Shown here piece after piece: positions 28,986-39,745 of a stretch of DNA of 64,000 bases. How positions within the stretch are numbered: position 1 is the stretch's first letter; each line of letters opens with the position of its first letter. The DNA is from a virus: IMG/VR virus record IMGVR_UViG_3300008108_000011, positions 32,001 to 96,000 of that record; one strand, written 5' to 3'. Made by a program: the position numbers and the translations under genes. Under the pieces are notes generated by a model that saw nothing but the letters and a program-made list of their open reading frames with translations, searched no databases and had not been told where the DNA came from.

Positions 28986-29897
28986 ATGGCAGTTAGATAC
29001 GCTAATTACGCAAGAGAAAAATCTAGATTTGGTGGGTATTGTGGTGCTATTATTATGCATTCAACTCCTGGAGTTGGAGTTAACAATGACCCTACTTCTG
29101 CAGTATTTAAAAATAATTTACCAGCTGGTTATTTAAAATGTGATGGCACGGTAAAGAGTGTTAGAGATTTTTATGCTTTGGCTCAAATTCTTGGTGTTGG
29201 TGACGATTGTAGATTTAAAAAAGATGGAACTCAATTAAGAAATGCTGATCCCACGACAGGAGATTTGGGTCAATTTCAACTTCCAGATTTAGGATCTAAA
29301 GTTATTCTCCCAAACAGATCAACAGGAACATACGTTAATGATAGAGTAGAAACGGATGGTGGAACAACATCCACAAATATTGTTAATAGAGTGGGACCTC
29401 AAATTGAGGTCGCTAGTAATGTGGGAAATCGTATAGAAGTAAATTATTCTGGAAATCTACAAGTAACTGCTGCAAGTGGAATTAATTTTAGTGGAAATGC
29501 AAAATACAATATGGTAAGCACTTTATCCACTACAACATTAGGAATTGAAAATTTCCAAGGTCATGCTCACAATTCATCGCAAAGTTATTTAAATTTTTCT
29601 GCTACCCATAGAGTTGGATCAACAGGTGGTAAAGATGGTGGTAACTTAAGTGGAAATAGTGGATCTGGTAATGTGTTTGGAGAAACTCAGACAAATACTT
29701 CATCTCCATCAACACATAGTCATGGTATAATACGACCAACAACATATAATCCTAATCCATTTACTTATTCTTATTCTCAATTTAACGCTCCACTAGATAA
29801 TGTAGTTTCATATGTTGATATTGATATTCAAAATCAAGATAAATTAGATCAGGTTGTAACTCCTTTTATTCTAATTGAATATTTAATTAAGTTCTAA
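28986..29897 (+). CDS. Tail-collar-domain protein
   Basis: LPAGYLKCDG..FYALAQILG..FQLPDLGSK; ends PFILIEYLIKF. Confidence 0.7.
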   Translation: MAVRYANYAREKSRFGGYCGAIIMHSTPGVGVNNDPTSAVFKNNLPAGYLKCDGTVKSVRDFYALAQILGVGDDCRFKKDGTQLRNADPTTGDLGQFQLPDLGSKVILPNRSTGTYVNDRVETDGGTTSTNIVNRVGPQIEVASNVGNRIEVNYSGNLQVTAASGINFSGNAKYNMVSTLSTTTLGIENFQGHAHNSSQSYLNFSATHRVGSTGGKDGGNLSGNSGSGNVFGETQTNTSSPSTHSHGIIRPTTYNPNPFTYSYSQFNAPLDNVVSYVDIDIQNQDKLDQVVTPFILIEYLIKF

Positions 29898-31603
29898 TGC
29901 CACAGTTAGCATCTATCACCAACACTCAAAATTATACTATACCACAAGATGTTTATAGTATGCGTATACGCATCTATGGAGCAGGAGGTGGTGGAGAATT
30001 TATTAATAATAATGTTGCACTAACATCCACTGCTGGAACTTCTGGTGGATCTTCGTCTTTTCTTGGATTAATTGCTGGTGGGGGAACTGGGGGTGGAATT
30101 GGTGGTAAAAATTCTGGTGGAAATGGGGGAGGAACTTCATTTACTTACAATTGGTCTAATTTAGGAGCTACTATTTCTACAGTTTCTGGTTCTAGTGGTG
30201 GAATTAGCACAGGTGGAACTGGTGGAAATATTGCGGGGGTTACAAAAAATGGAGGAAACGGTACACCAGGGCAAGTTAGCTATACATCTAATGTATATCA
30301 TGAATTTAATAATGAGACTAATGTTACTCTTTTTACTAGCAATAGCCCTGATTTGACAGTTTCAATTAATAACACTGGATCTCCTGACGGAACTCCATGT
30401 GGATTACCTCCTAGTGGAAAAAATTATGGAGTTTATTTTAATGTTCCTTTTGTTGATTCTAGTTATAGTGTAAGTGTATTTGGAGTATGTCAGCAAGCAG
30501 CTGCGGGTGGAACAGCTGGTGCTCCATATTCTTTGGATGGAATTGGTGCTAAAAGTGCAAATGGATTTCAAATATGGTTTACTACGGGAGCTTGTAAAAA
30601 TACTTACATTAGATGTTTTAGTTTTACTGCTACAGGATTGAAGGTAGGAGCGCGTGGGAGAGGAGGTGGTGGTGGAGCCCTAGAAACTACTCTTACTAGA
30701 GAAATGTTATTGGGATCTGGGGGGACATATTCACCAGGAACTACGCATACTGCTACAGTTGGGGGTGGTGGATCTAGAGGAGGGAATACTGCATTTGATG
30801 GTGCAAGTGGGTTGATTGATTTATATCTTTTGATTATTCCTAGGATTAGTTTAAGTGCTACTAGAACACAAATTGCAGTTGGGGAATCTACTACATTAAA
30901 TTGGTCAACCACTGGCGATGCTAGTAGTATTTCTTGGTCATCTGGAGGATTAACGAATGGAAATTTAGCTAGTAGCGCAACAGTTTCGCCAACAGTTACT
31001 ACTACATATACTGCTACCGCGAGTGGATTGGGTGGAACTTCCCCACCAGCAAGTGTTACTATAGTAGTTTATCAGAGACCTACGGCTTCAATTACAGTTC
31101 CTTCTACTTTATTGTATGGTCAACAGGGAACAATTAGTTACGATACAAATTACGCTAATACTAGTATCACAATAACGCCAACATATAGTTATGATAATGG
31201 CACTGTAACTGGAACCGTAGTTAATATCACTCCAGCTGCTTCTGCTGAAAATGGCTCAGCAGGAACTCAAGTTGCTGGTAGTTTCACATCATCAATACCC
31301 TACAATAATTATGGACCTAGAACAGTTCAATATACTTTAAATGCAGTTGGATCTGGTGGTAATACTACAGCACCTGTTACTAATACTACAATTATTATTG
31401 ACGAAACTCCAGAAAATGTTAATATTCCTGAAACGGAAGATGCGTTTAAAAACCAAGATCCAGTTTTCTCTCCTGATTATGATGTTACTTCGAGTTATTT
31501 GCAAGTATTAGATATTGATATTCCAGTAGAAATTAAAGCTAGTGCCCCAATTAAAGTAGATAAAAATTTACAAGAAAACTGGCAGGATGTAAGGAGATTA
31601 TAA
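29897..31603 (+). CDS. Gly-rich fibre-like protein with Ig-like repeats (paralog 1)
   Basis: GAGGGG tracts, TTLNWSTTG Ig-like strands, and the shared C-terminal IDETPEN..DIDIPVEIK..PIKVD..WQD module. Confidence 0.65.
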   Translation: MPQLASITNTQNYTIPQDVYSMRIRIYGAGGGGEFINNNVALTSTAGTSGGSSSFLGLIAGGGTGGGIGGKNSGGNGGGTSFTYNWSNLGATISTVSGSSGGISTGGTGGNIAGVTKNGGNGTPGQVSYTSNVYHEFNNETNVTLFTSNSPDLTVSINNTGSPDGTPCGLPPSGKNYGVYFNVPFVDSSYSVSVFGVCQQAAAGGTAGAPYSLDGIGAKSANGFQIWFTTGACKNTYIRCFSFTATGLKVGARGRGGGGGALETTLTREMLLGSGGTYSPGTTHTATVGGGGSRGGNTAFDGASGLIDLYLLIIPRISLSATRTQIAVGESTTLNWSTTGDASSISWSSGGLTNGNLASSATVSPTVTTTYTATASGLGGTSPPASVTIVVYQRPTASITVPSTLLYGQQGTISYDTNYANTSITITPTYSYDNGTVTGTVVNITPAASAENGSAGTQVAGSFTSSIPYNNYGPRTVQYTLNAVGSGGNTTAPVTNTTIIIDETPENVNIPETEDAFKNQDPVFSPDYDVTSSYLQVLDIDIPVEIKASAPIKVDKNLQENWQDVRRL

Positions 31604-31604
31604 A

Positions 31605-33014
31605 ATGCCAATATATTCAACTAGTAGAGATGTAGGGTGGAATGCATGTAGTAACTCTAATTGGAGTTCATTCATGAATAGTTATGCATCAACTCCTTAT
31701 AATCCAAGTCAAACTACTGGGTTGAGGGGAGTTGTAATAACTGGAGGTTGGAATATTAATGCTCCTTATTCTGGCAACTATACATTGACAGTTGCTACAG
31801 ATGATTATGGAACTATAAATTATAGTGGAACTACATTTAGTTCTGGTGGATTCACTACAAGTGGAAATAGTTCTACTAAGTATTTTTCTCAAGGGCAAAA
31901 TATTGCGTGGTCTTGGAGTGTGCAGAATAGCACTAGTTCTGATAGTTTTATATTTAATCCTGTTGCTATCGCTTTTACTTTAGATGGTCCTTCTAGACCA
32001 AATGCTCCATCTGTAAGTATTTCTGTAAACCCTTCTTCTATTATTAATAATGGATCATCTTCAGCAACATTATCTTGGTCTGCTTCTGGAAACGTAAGTA
32101 GTGTTAGTGTTACTGATGTAAGTAGCCCTGGAACATCAGGAAGCAGAACTGTTCAGCCAACCTCTACTAGAACATATACTATCACTGCAAGCGGTGAAGG
32201 TGGAACAAGTAATGCAAGTACAACTCTTACTGTATATCAACCACCAAATCTTACGTTATCTTTAGACAGATCTTCTATTGCCGCAGGAGAATCTACTACA
32301 CTTAGATGGTCAACTACTGGAGACGCAAGCACAATTACATGGACTTCTGGTGGTATTACTAATGGCAACTTGAATAGTTTTACTACAGTTTCACCAACAC
32401 AATCACAAACTTATTCTGCAACTGTTTCTGGATTAGGTGGTAGTGATAGTGATAGTATTAGATTAACAGTATATCAAAGACCAACAGTTTCATTGACTGT
32501 TCCAACTACATTAAATTATGGTCAACAGGGTATTATAAGTTATGAGAGTTGTTATAGCAATACATCATTAACAATTACTCCATCTTACAGTTACTCTAAT
32601 TCTTCTGGATCATCAACTGTAACTGGTGATGCTATTGCTCTACCCACACCAAATTCTGCTGAAGAAGGTGTTGGAATAAATTGTGTTAGTGGAACGTTAA
32701 ATACTACTATACCTTACACTAGTTCTGGTCCTAGAACAGTTACTTACTCTTTAGCTGCAGTAGGTTCTGGCGGCGATCGAACAATTACTAATAGTGTAAC
32801 AATTAATATCGATGAAACTCCAGAAAATATTAATGTTCCTGAAACAGATGAGTTATATAAACAACAAGAACCAATTTATACACCAAACTACACAATAACA
32901 TCAAATTATTTAGAAATTGCTGATATTGATATCCCCGTGGAGATAAAATCTAATTTTCCGATTAAAGTGGATAGAAATAGACAAGACAACTGGCAAGATT
33001 TAAGACAAATATAA
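31605..33014 (+). CDS. Ig-like fibre protein (paralog 2)
   Basis: Same Ig-like and C-terminal modules with a different, non-Gly-rich N-terminus. Confidence 0.65.
   Translation: MPIYSTSRDVGWNACSNSNWSSFMNSYASTPYNPSQTTGLRGVVITGGWNINAPYSGNYTLTVATDDYGTINYSGTTFSSGGFTTSGNSSTKYFSQGQNIAWSWSVQNSTSSDSFIFNPVAIAFTLDGPSRPNAPSVSISVNPSSIINNGSSSATLSWSASGNVSSVSVTDVSSPGTSGSRTVQPTSTRTYTITASGEGGTSNASTTLTVYQPPNLTLSLDRSSIAAGESTTLRWSTTGDASTITWTSGGITNGNLNSFTTVSPTQSQTYSATVSGLGGSDSDSIRLTVYQRPTVSLTVPTTLNYGQQGIISYESCYSNTSLTITPSYSYSNSSGSSTVTGDAIALPTPNSAEEGVGINCVSGTLNTTIPYTSSGPRTVTYSLAAVGSGGDRTITNSVTINIDETPENINVPETDELYKQQEPIYTPNYTITSNYLEIADIDIPVEIKSNFPIKVDRNRQDNWQDLRQI
32280..32503 (+). repeat. Direct repeat copy 1 (99-bp and 68-bp blocks identical to 34012-34235)
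   Basis: 32280-32378 = 34012-34110 and 32436-32503 = 34168-34235, both at offset 1732. Confidence 0.9.
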
Positions 33015-33015
33015 G

Positions 33016-34740
33016 ATGGCAACATACACAACAAATCAAACCGTAACAATACCAGCAAACGCAGCAAATGTTAGAGTTCAAGTTGCTGGAGCTCGCGGTG
33101 GTAATGGTGGAAATGACGGAAATCCTGGAGGAACTGGTGGTAATGGTAGAAGAGGAACTTTTTATCTATCCGATTTTACTGCTAGAACATTAACATTAAA
33201 TATTGGTCAATCTGGTGGTAACGGATTTGGGTGTGTTTCTAATAGTGGATCTGGTGGTGGAGGATCTGGAGTTGCTAGTGGTGGTAATGGTGGTCTTACT
33301 GGTCCTCAAGGATGCTCTGGTGGTGGTGGCGGCGGCGGCGGTGCTACTGGAGTATATGATTCTGTTGCTAGTGGTTGGATAATTGTCGCGGCTGGGGGTG
33401 GCGGAGCGGGTGGAGCTAGTTATCCTGATAGTTTTTTACGTGGTGGTGATGGTGGTTTTGGATTGGGTTTCCTTACTGGTGATGTAAATAGCATATCTAG
33501 AGGTGGTAATGGATCATCGCAAGGATTTGATGGGGGAGGTGGAGGTGGTGGTGGTGGTGGATGCCCAGGAGGCGGCGGTGGTAGAGAAGGAGCTGATGAT
33601 AGAGCAGGTAGATATCCATCTGGAGGTGGTAGTGGAGGTGCCAGTTCATATAATTCTAGTTATGCTACTTTGAGTGGATCTGGCGATACTCATAATGGAA
33701 GTGGTTATGTAGATATTACTTACGATTTAATTAGCCCTAGTGCCACTAGTTTTACTGCTACTCCTTCTTCAATTATACGAGGTCAATCTACTAGATTGGA
33801 GTGGACTACAACTAATACAGTTAGTGCATCAATTAATAATGGCGTTGGTAATGTAACGGTTCCTAATAGTTTTGTTGATGTGTATCCCACTCAAACTACA
33901 ACATATGTTCTTAATTTAGTTGGATATGGTAATGCAACTGGATCTGCTCAAGTTACGATTACTGTATATCAACCACCTATTTTAACTTTCACATTAGATA
34001 GAAATCCAATAGCCGCAGGAGAATCTACTACACTTAGATGGTCAACTACTGGAGACGCAAGCACAATTACATGGACTTCTGGTGGTATTACTAATGGCAA
34101 CTTGAATAGTAATGCCATAGTTTCTCCTTCAGAAAGCACAACATATTCAGCAGTTGTTTCTGGATTGGGTGGTAGTGATAGTGATAGTATTAGATTAACA
34201 GTATATCAAAGACCAACAGTTTCATTGACTGTTCCTGCAAGTATAAATTATGGTCAACAAGGAACAATATCTTATAGTAGTTCATATTCTAATACGAGTT
34301 TAATATTGCAACCTGTTTATACTTACGGAAGAGGAGTTGGAACAATTAACGGAACTGCAATAACTTTAACAAAACCAACTTCTGCTGAAAGTGGTGTTGG
34401 TATAACTACTGTTAATGGAACAATAACAACAGAAATACCATATAATACTACTGGTCCTTTTTCTGTTTCTTATACTCTTACTGGTGTTGGTGGTGGTGGA
34501 GAAGCTTCCACTACTTCAGAAATACAAATTATAGTGGATGAAACACCCGAAAATATTAATCTACCAGAAACTGAAAATGTTTATAAATTGCAAGAACCAA
34601 TTAATACACCAGATTATACTGTAACATCAAATTATCTTGCAGTTGATGGTGTTGACATTCCAGTTGAAGTAAGATCAAATAGACCTATTAAGGTAGATAG
34701 AAATCAGCAACAGGATTGGCAAGATATAAGACAACTATAA
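33016..34740 (+). CDS. Gly-rich fibre-like protein with Ig-like repeats (paralog 3)
   Basis: Poly-Gly N-terminal domain, Ig-like repeats and the shared C-terminal module. Confidence 0.65.
   Translation: MATYTTNQTVTIPANAANVRVQVAGARGGNGGNDGNPGGTGGNGRRGTFYLSDFTARTLTLNIGQSGGNGFGCVSNSGSGGGGSGVASGGNGGLTGPQGCSGGGGGGGGATGVYDSVASGWIIVAAGGGGAGGASYPDSFLRGGDGGFGLGFLTGDVNSISRGGNGSSQGFDGGGGGGGGGGCPGGGGGREGADDRAGRYPSGGGSGGASSYNSSYATLSGSGDTHNGSGYVDITYDLISPSATSFTATPSSIIRGQSTRLEWTTTNTVSASINNGVGNVTVPNSFVDVYPTQTTTYVLNLVGYGNATGSAQVTITVYQPPILTFTLDRNPIAAGESTTLRWSTTGDASTITWTSGGITNGNLNSNAIVSPSESTTYSAVVSGLGGSDSDSIRLTVYQRPTVSLTVPASINYGQQGTISYSSSYSNTSLILQPVYTYGRGVGTINGTAITLTKPTSAESGVGITTVNGTITTEIPYNTTGPFSVSYTLTGVGGGGEASTTSEIQIIVDETPENINLPETENVYKLQEPINTPDYTVTSNYLAVDGVDIPVEVRSNRPIKVDRNQQQDWQDIRQL
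34012..34235 (+). repeat. Direct repeat copy 2
   Basis: Matches 32280-32503 as described for copy 1. Confidence 0.9.
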
Positions 34741-34743
34741 ATA
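34736..34743 (+). promoter_or_regulatory. T4 late promoter TATAAATA
   Basis: Exact consensus ~30 nt upstream of ATG 34775. Confidence 0.8.
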
Positions 34744-34774
34744 ACATGGGAACTCATAACTAGACTGAACGAGG

Positions 34775-37699
34775 ATGCCATATCAATATTCTACAACACC
34801 GCTATACGTTGCTGAGGGTGATATTCTTCAGTTTAGATATCAAGCACCTCCTTTTTGGGATTATACCGAAACAATTACTATTCAGATTGGTGGATTAACA
34901 ACATACTGGTATGTTACTACAGTTCCAGAAGATTTTAGACCAGATCCTTTTCCTTTAAATGAAGTTAATGATGCTTTGTTGGATACATATTATTATTTTG
35001 ATCCAGTAGTATTCCAAGCAACAACTGGCAATTCAAATACTGTAACTGGATTAACTCCAACAACACAAGCTTCTGTTAGTTTGACTTCTAATTTTATCGG
35101 AACCGTTACTGATTATTCTTTGAGAATAAATGATGGAGCATGGTTTATTCCAGGATCTTCGACAACTGTTCAAAATGGAGATAAAATTGCTTTACGATTA
35201 AAATCTGGTGCTGGGAACCAAGAACTTAGAGAATTAGTTCTTGGTATTGGAACTGGGTATGAAACGTGGAGAGTAACTACTATAGCTATACCAAGAAATG
35301 AACCTATTCCATTTCCAAATTTTACAGATCTTACTGCTCAGTCATTAAACAAAGTAATTTATAGTAATGTTCTTCGTATTCAGGGATTGTTGAGACCAGC
35401 TGCTGTTCAAGTAGATAACGGCGCTTCATTTGCAATATCTAGCACAAATACAACAACTACAAATGCAGATGGATTTGATGTATTAGATGGAGTAACGTTT
35501 GGAACTACAGGAACAATTTCAAACGGTCAATATTTGCAACTTAGAATGACCAGCCCAAGCACAGAGTTTACTTCTAAAACTACTGTTTTGGGGATTGGTG
35601 ATATCACTAGTGGTTCTGATTGGGTTATCACAACAGGTCAAAGCTTATCAACTACTCCAACTAGTTTTACATTTCCTGATATTAGTGGAGCAATTGAAAA
35701 TTTCCTTCAACCATCTGCTGCTAGACCTGTTGGGGGAATAACTGGATTGGGAACTGGAATTAGTGTTCCTGTGGAATTAGTTTCAACTACTGCTTCTGAG
35801 GTTAAAGTTAAAATTAATAATTCTTCGATTGGTGTATTTCCTGCTACCGTTTCAAACGGAGACACAATAACTTTATATGCTAGATCTTCTTCTACTTTTG
35901 GGGCAAGTGTTGAGGTTAATGTGAAAGTTGGTGGAACTACGATTCCTACATGGAGAGTTCAAACAAATACAGGACCAGACACAACAGCAGATTTTACTCC
36001 ACCAACAAATAAAACAAACCAAGTTCCAGGAACTTATGTATCTAGTTCGGTAGTTAGCATTACTGGAATTAATAGGTCAATAACAATTAGTGCTACAAAT
36101 AATGCATTAATTTCAATCGATTATGATACTGCAGTTGCTGGACCCAGAACATTTGATCCTACTGTAAATACTTCATTTTATTTGGTGTTACAATCTTCTT
36201 CTTCATTAAATACTACTGTTTCTACGAGTGTGACAGTAGGAACAGGAACTACAAATAATCCATTTACGTGGTCAGTTGGAACTTATGCAGTTGCACCTCC
36301 AGCACCTAGTTACGTTGGATCTTGGTATAGCAAAAAGAATGAGAAAGTAATTAGAAATGGATCAGGAACAATCACTTCTATCCAGAAAACAAAATATGAT
36401 GGATATTCAGTGGGAACTATTTTACCAATCTTGAAAGAAAGCACAGCTGCTGGTTATGGAACTTTAACCGCTGGAAGTCTTACTGCTAGATTCCCAGGAT
36501 ATTTACTTTGTGATGGATCTTCGTATAATGTAGCAGATTATCCAGTATTGTGGGAAGTAATTGGTAATACATATGGTGGAACTGGATCATATAATACTAC
36601 AACAAAAGCATATAGTGGAACATTCAATGTTCCTGATTATAGAAATGTTAGAATGTGTGGAACTGGATTGATAGATGGTAACAAAGGATCTTCGGCATTC
36701 TTGCCAGTTGATGGTGGTAGTGTCTTTAGTGTTGGATCAACGGGGGGATTTTGGTTTGTTGATAGTGTTGGTGTTGCTGGTCCTCTTCCATACGAACAAG
36801 TCGAAGCATCTTCAAACACTGCTACTACAGGAACTACCAGCCCATTCTTTACTTTGGGAACAGTAAAAACTACTGGTGCTAACTTAGTTACAGCAGAAGT
36901 AAGTTTTACTACAATAGGAACTATTACTGCTCAGGTCGGACCAGTTTCTAGTGTCACTACTTCTGCTCCTTCGCATAGTCATACATATCTCAGTGCTGTG
37001 GTTGATGGTGATAGAGGAGATCCACTAATTCCTTGGGGAGCTAGAGCATTATTTGGAACTACTGCTGGTCCCATTGATACTGGAAATGATTACGCGGGAG
37101 AATTTCCAGATGAATCTGAAGCAACCAATGCTCCTGGTGTTTGGCGACAGTTCCTCACTGGAAGATTTCCAAATTTGGCAGCTGAATTGACTGCTGCTGG
37201 AACTTCTATTGGTGAATTGACAGGTCAGTTGACACGAGAAGGTGACACAAGAATTCAATACGAAAATCTATGGCCCAGTAATCTCACTGGATTAGATACA
37301 AGCAAATTAATTACTCTGAATACTACTGGAAATCGTGAAGTTGCTGGTGTTATTGATACAAATGCGACGACTTTTAGAATAGATGATTTTGTTTCTACAT
37401 CTGGTTCGACGGAAACACACTCTCATTATATTACAACATCCATAGTTACCAATCCATTAACTGATTATTCTTATGGAAATTCTTCTGGTTCTGGAACCAA
37501 GAATGGTTTGGGTGATGCTGCAAATACTTTAAGTATTTCTTTCAATGCATCTGAAACAGGAATAGGCGTTAATGAAGGAACTTTTACAATGAATTCTACC
37601 ATAAAAAATCCAGTTCCAGAAGTTGCTTTATCTCCAAATAGAACAGTTCCTATTTTAGCACCATTCCACAAAGTTAGATATATAATTAAAGCATACTGA
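34775..37699 (+). CDS. Tail fibre protein with collar domain
   Basis: Thr/Gly-rich beta repeats, FPGYLLCDGSSYNVADYPVLWEVIGNTYGG..FNVPDYR collar motif; ends VRYIIKAY. Confidence 0.75.
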   Translation: MPYQYSTTPLYVAEGDILQFRYQAPPFWDYTETITIQIGGLTTYWYVTTVPEDFRPDPFPLNEVNDALLDTYYYFDPVVFQATTGNSNTVTGLTPTTQASVSLTSNFIGTVTDYSLRINDGAWFIPGSSTTVQNGDKIALRLKSGAGNQELRELVLGIGTGYETWRVTTIAIPRNEPIPFPNFTDLTAQSLNKVIYSNVLRIQGLLRPAAVQVDNGASFAISSTNTTTTNADGFDVLDGVTFGTTGTISNGQYLQLRMTSPSTEFTSKTTVLGIGDITSGSDWVITTGQSLSTTPTSFTFPDISGAIENFLQPSAARPVGGITGLGTGISVPVELVSTTASEVKVKINNSSIGVFPATVSNGDTITLYARSSSTFGASVEVNVKVGGTTIPTWRVQTNTGPDTTADFTPPTNKTNQVPGTYVSSSVVSITGINRSITISATNNALISIDYDTAVAGPRTFDPTVNTSFYLVLQSSSSLNTTVSTSVTVGTGTTNNPFTWSVGTYAVAPPAPSYVGSWYSKKNEKVIRNGSGTITSIQKTKYDGYSVGTILPILKESTAAGYGTLTAGSLTARFPGYLLCDGSSYNVADYPVLWEVIGNTYGGTGSYNTTTKAYSGTFNVPDYRNVRMCGTGLIDGNKGSSAFLPVDGGSVFSVGSTGGFWFVDSVGVAGPLPYEQVEASSNTATTGTTSPFFTLGTVKTTGANLVTAEVSFTTIGTITAQVGPVSSVTTSAPSHSHTYLSAVVDGDRGDPLIPWGARALFGTTAGPIDTGNDYAGEFPDESEATNAPGVWRQFLTGRFPNLAAELTAAGTSIGELTGQLTREGDTRIQYENLWPSNLTGLDTSKLITLNTTGNREVAGVIDTNATTFRIDDFVSTSGSTETHSHYITTSIVTNPLTDYSYGNSSGSGTKNGLGDAANTLSISFNASETGIGVNEGTFTMNSTIKNPVPEVALSPNRTVPILAPFHKVRYIIKAY

Positions 37700-37706
37700 T
37701 TAATTT

Positions 37707-38366
37707 ATGACAATACAACCATATAGACCACTTGAGTTGATGCGAAATGATGCATTTACTAAATCTTCCTTTGATGATTTCATTGGGGTGTGGGAAGATT
37801 TTGTTCCGACATCATTTTGTGAAGAACTTATTCAGTATTTCGAAGATACGAGATCTTTGAATAGTAGTATTGCTCCAGGTGATTTGGAATCTGACTATCA
37901 AGAATTTGTTAGAGGTGAAGATCAGTATCAAGGAGCATTACATAGGAAAGATGTTTCTATGTTATTGAACTACCATCAACAAGAATTGTCTTATAAAGTG
38001 CATCAATTTTTAACATCTTGTGTATTGCATTACATTGTTGAGTATGATCAACTTAGGAAAGTTCCTATGTTTTCCACTGATATAAAATTTCAAAAAACTT
38101 CCCCTGGCGGCGGGTATCATTTATGGCACTATGAAAATTCTGCAGCATCACATGCTCAGAGAGAATTAACATGGATGATTTATTTAAATGATATTCCAGA
38201 TGGAGAAGGAGAGACAGAATTTTTATATCAAAGAAGAAGAATTAAACCAAAGCAAGGAACTGTTGTTATATGGCCTGCTGGTATGACTCATGTTCATAAA
38301 GGAAATACAGTTCTAACAACAGATAAATACATATTAACAGGATGGTATATTAAATCAGGAAAATAA
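37707..38366 (+). CDS. 2OG-Fe(II) oxygenase (prolyl-hydroxylase-like)
   Basis: GYHLWHYE..TWMIYLND..GETEF..PKQGTVVIWPAGMTHVHKG gives the HxE...H triad. Confidence 0.85.
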   Translation: MTIQPYRPLELMRNDAFTKSSFDDFIGVWEDFVPTSFCEELIQYFEDTRSLNSSIAPGDLESDYQEFVRGEDQYQGALHRKDVSMLLNYHQQELSYKVHQFLTSCVLHYIVEYDQLRKVPMFSTDIKFQKTSPGGGYHLWHYENSAASHAQRELTWMIYLNDIPDGEGETEFLYQRRRIKPKQGTVVIWPAGMTHVHKGNTVLTTDKYILTGWYIKSGK

Positions 38367-38369
38367 ATC

Positions 38370-39269
38370 ATGCCATATCAACCAATTTTTAGAACAGCTA
38401 TAGTTGAGGCTGATTTCTTAAATAAAATTCTGATTACAACACCAACATTTGTTGAGGCGGGAGAAAAGATTCCTCTCAATAGAGTAAATATATCAGAAGA
38501 AATTTGTGAAAGATTTTTAAATGAACAAGTAGATTCATATTGGCACTCTGAAAAAGATAAATTAGAATATTTTGTTGCATATAATGATGGAACTTACTAT
38601 TGTCAAAGAAAAAGAGTAAGGTATGATTTCGAAACAAAAACAAATTATTGGTCAACATATAATTTTAATGGAGCCTCTAAAGATCAAATAGAAGCATTAA
38701 CAAATAAAATTCTTGATCTTACCGCTGCTCTTAGGGAATATAAAATTGCTGAGTATGAGGGTGTTCTTGAAAAGATTGATCAAGAGTTTATTTTCTTTGA
38801 TCAAAGATGGTTGAAGAAATTCAGAGAAAAACAAATGATGTTATCTGCTTCTGATTGGAGAGTTCTTCCTGATGTTGAGGATTCATATCCAGGCGAAAAG
38901 GATATGTGGATAAAGTGGCGTTCTACGATGAGATCGGAGACTGTAAAGAAACCTCAGGAATTTGAAACGAATTTAGAATTTTTAAAATATTTGTATGACC
39001 ATAAGTGGCCAATAGATCCAAAAAGATATAAAGAAAAATATCCAGATTCTGATGTTGAATACCTTTCTACTGAAGATCAATGGGTTAGTTATGATAGTGA
39101 AGCATCTACTGATTTTGTTGATTCTAGACTTGTCAATATTCTCAGTTCCAGTGGTGTTTATAGAGAAAAAATTGTTGATATTAAACGATCTGTATTCGAA
39201 CTTATTAAAGATCTTAGACTGGAAGACTTCACAGAAATTAATTACGATCAATATAATATTATAGAATGA
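38370..39269 (+). CDS. Putative tail-fibre assembly chaperone-like protein
   Basis: REKQMMLSASDWRVLPD..WIKWRSTMR resembles the L..SDW..LPD..W..YRQALR motif of phage tail assembly chaperones. Follows the fibre genes. Confidence 0.5.
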   Translation: MPYQPIFRTAIVEADFLNKILITTPTFVEAGEKIPLNRVNISEEICERFLNEQVDSYWHSEKDKLEYFVAYNDGTYYCQRKRVRYDFETKTNYWSTYNFNGASKDQIEALTNKILDLTAALREYKIAEYEGVLEKIDQEFIFFDQRWLKKFREKQMMLSASDWRVLPDVEDSYPGEKDMWIKWRSTMRSETVKKPQEFETNLEFLKYLYDHKWPIDPKRYKEKYPDSDVEYLSTEDQWVSYDSEASTDFVDSRLVNILSSSGVYREKIVDIKRSVFELIKDLRLEDFTEINYDQYNIIE

Positions 39270-39745
39270 TACATGAAATTGATTTACTAAATGATGATCA
39301 ACTTCAATATATTAATGATTATTTTAACTATCTGACATTTAAAGATGGAAAAATTAGCAATCCTGGTATTTTGAAAGTATGTGAAACTGTTTTTGATGGT
39401 CCAGGTATTGCAGAACTTAATGATTATTGTCAGCAAATTATTTTAAATACAAATTTACCATTTTTGGTATCTAGAATATCACAAATTTATTTTGTAAAAT
39501 ATAGCGTTGGTGGTCAATATAAAGATCACTATGATTCTAATCCTTGTGGTGGAGTTAGACCAGATTACAGTATGACTTGTTTTTTGAGTGATGATTATGA
39601 TGGTGGTGAATTAGTTATAGAAAATGAAAAATCTGTAAAATTGAAAAGGGGCAAAGCAGTAGTATATCCAGGCAATTTACTTCATAGAGTAAATAAAGTA
39701 ATGTCTGGAAGACGAGATGTTTTTATATGTTGGATTGAAATATGA
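39266..39745 (+). CDS. PKHD-type 2OG-Fe(II) oxygenase
   Basis: YKDHYD..SMTCFLSDDYDGGELVI..GKAVVYPGNLLHRVNKVMSGRR. Confidence 0.85.
   Translation: MIHEIDLLNDDQLQYINDYFNYLTFKDGKISNPGILKVCETVFDGPGIAELNDYCQQIILNTNLPFLVSRISQIYFVKYSVGGQYKDHYDSNPCGGVRPDYSMTCFLSDDYDGGELVIENEKSVKLKRGKAVVYPGNLLHRVNKVMSGRRDVFICWIEI

Noticed and set aside
33100-33660. GGN triplet runs as a functional tandem repeat or collagen domain
   Set aside because: They encode poly-Gly fibre segments without Gly-X-Y periodicity.
32280-34235. Diversity-generating retroelement (TR/VR pair)
   Set aside because: There is no reverse transcriptase in the window, the differences are not adenine-specific, and both copies lie inside coding Ig-like domains rather than at a C-terminal variable region.
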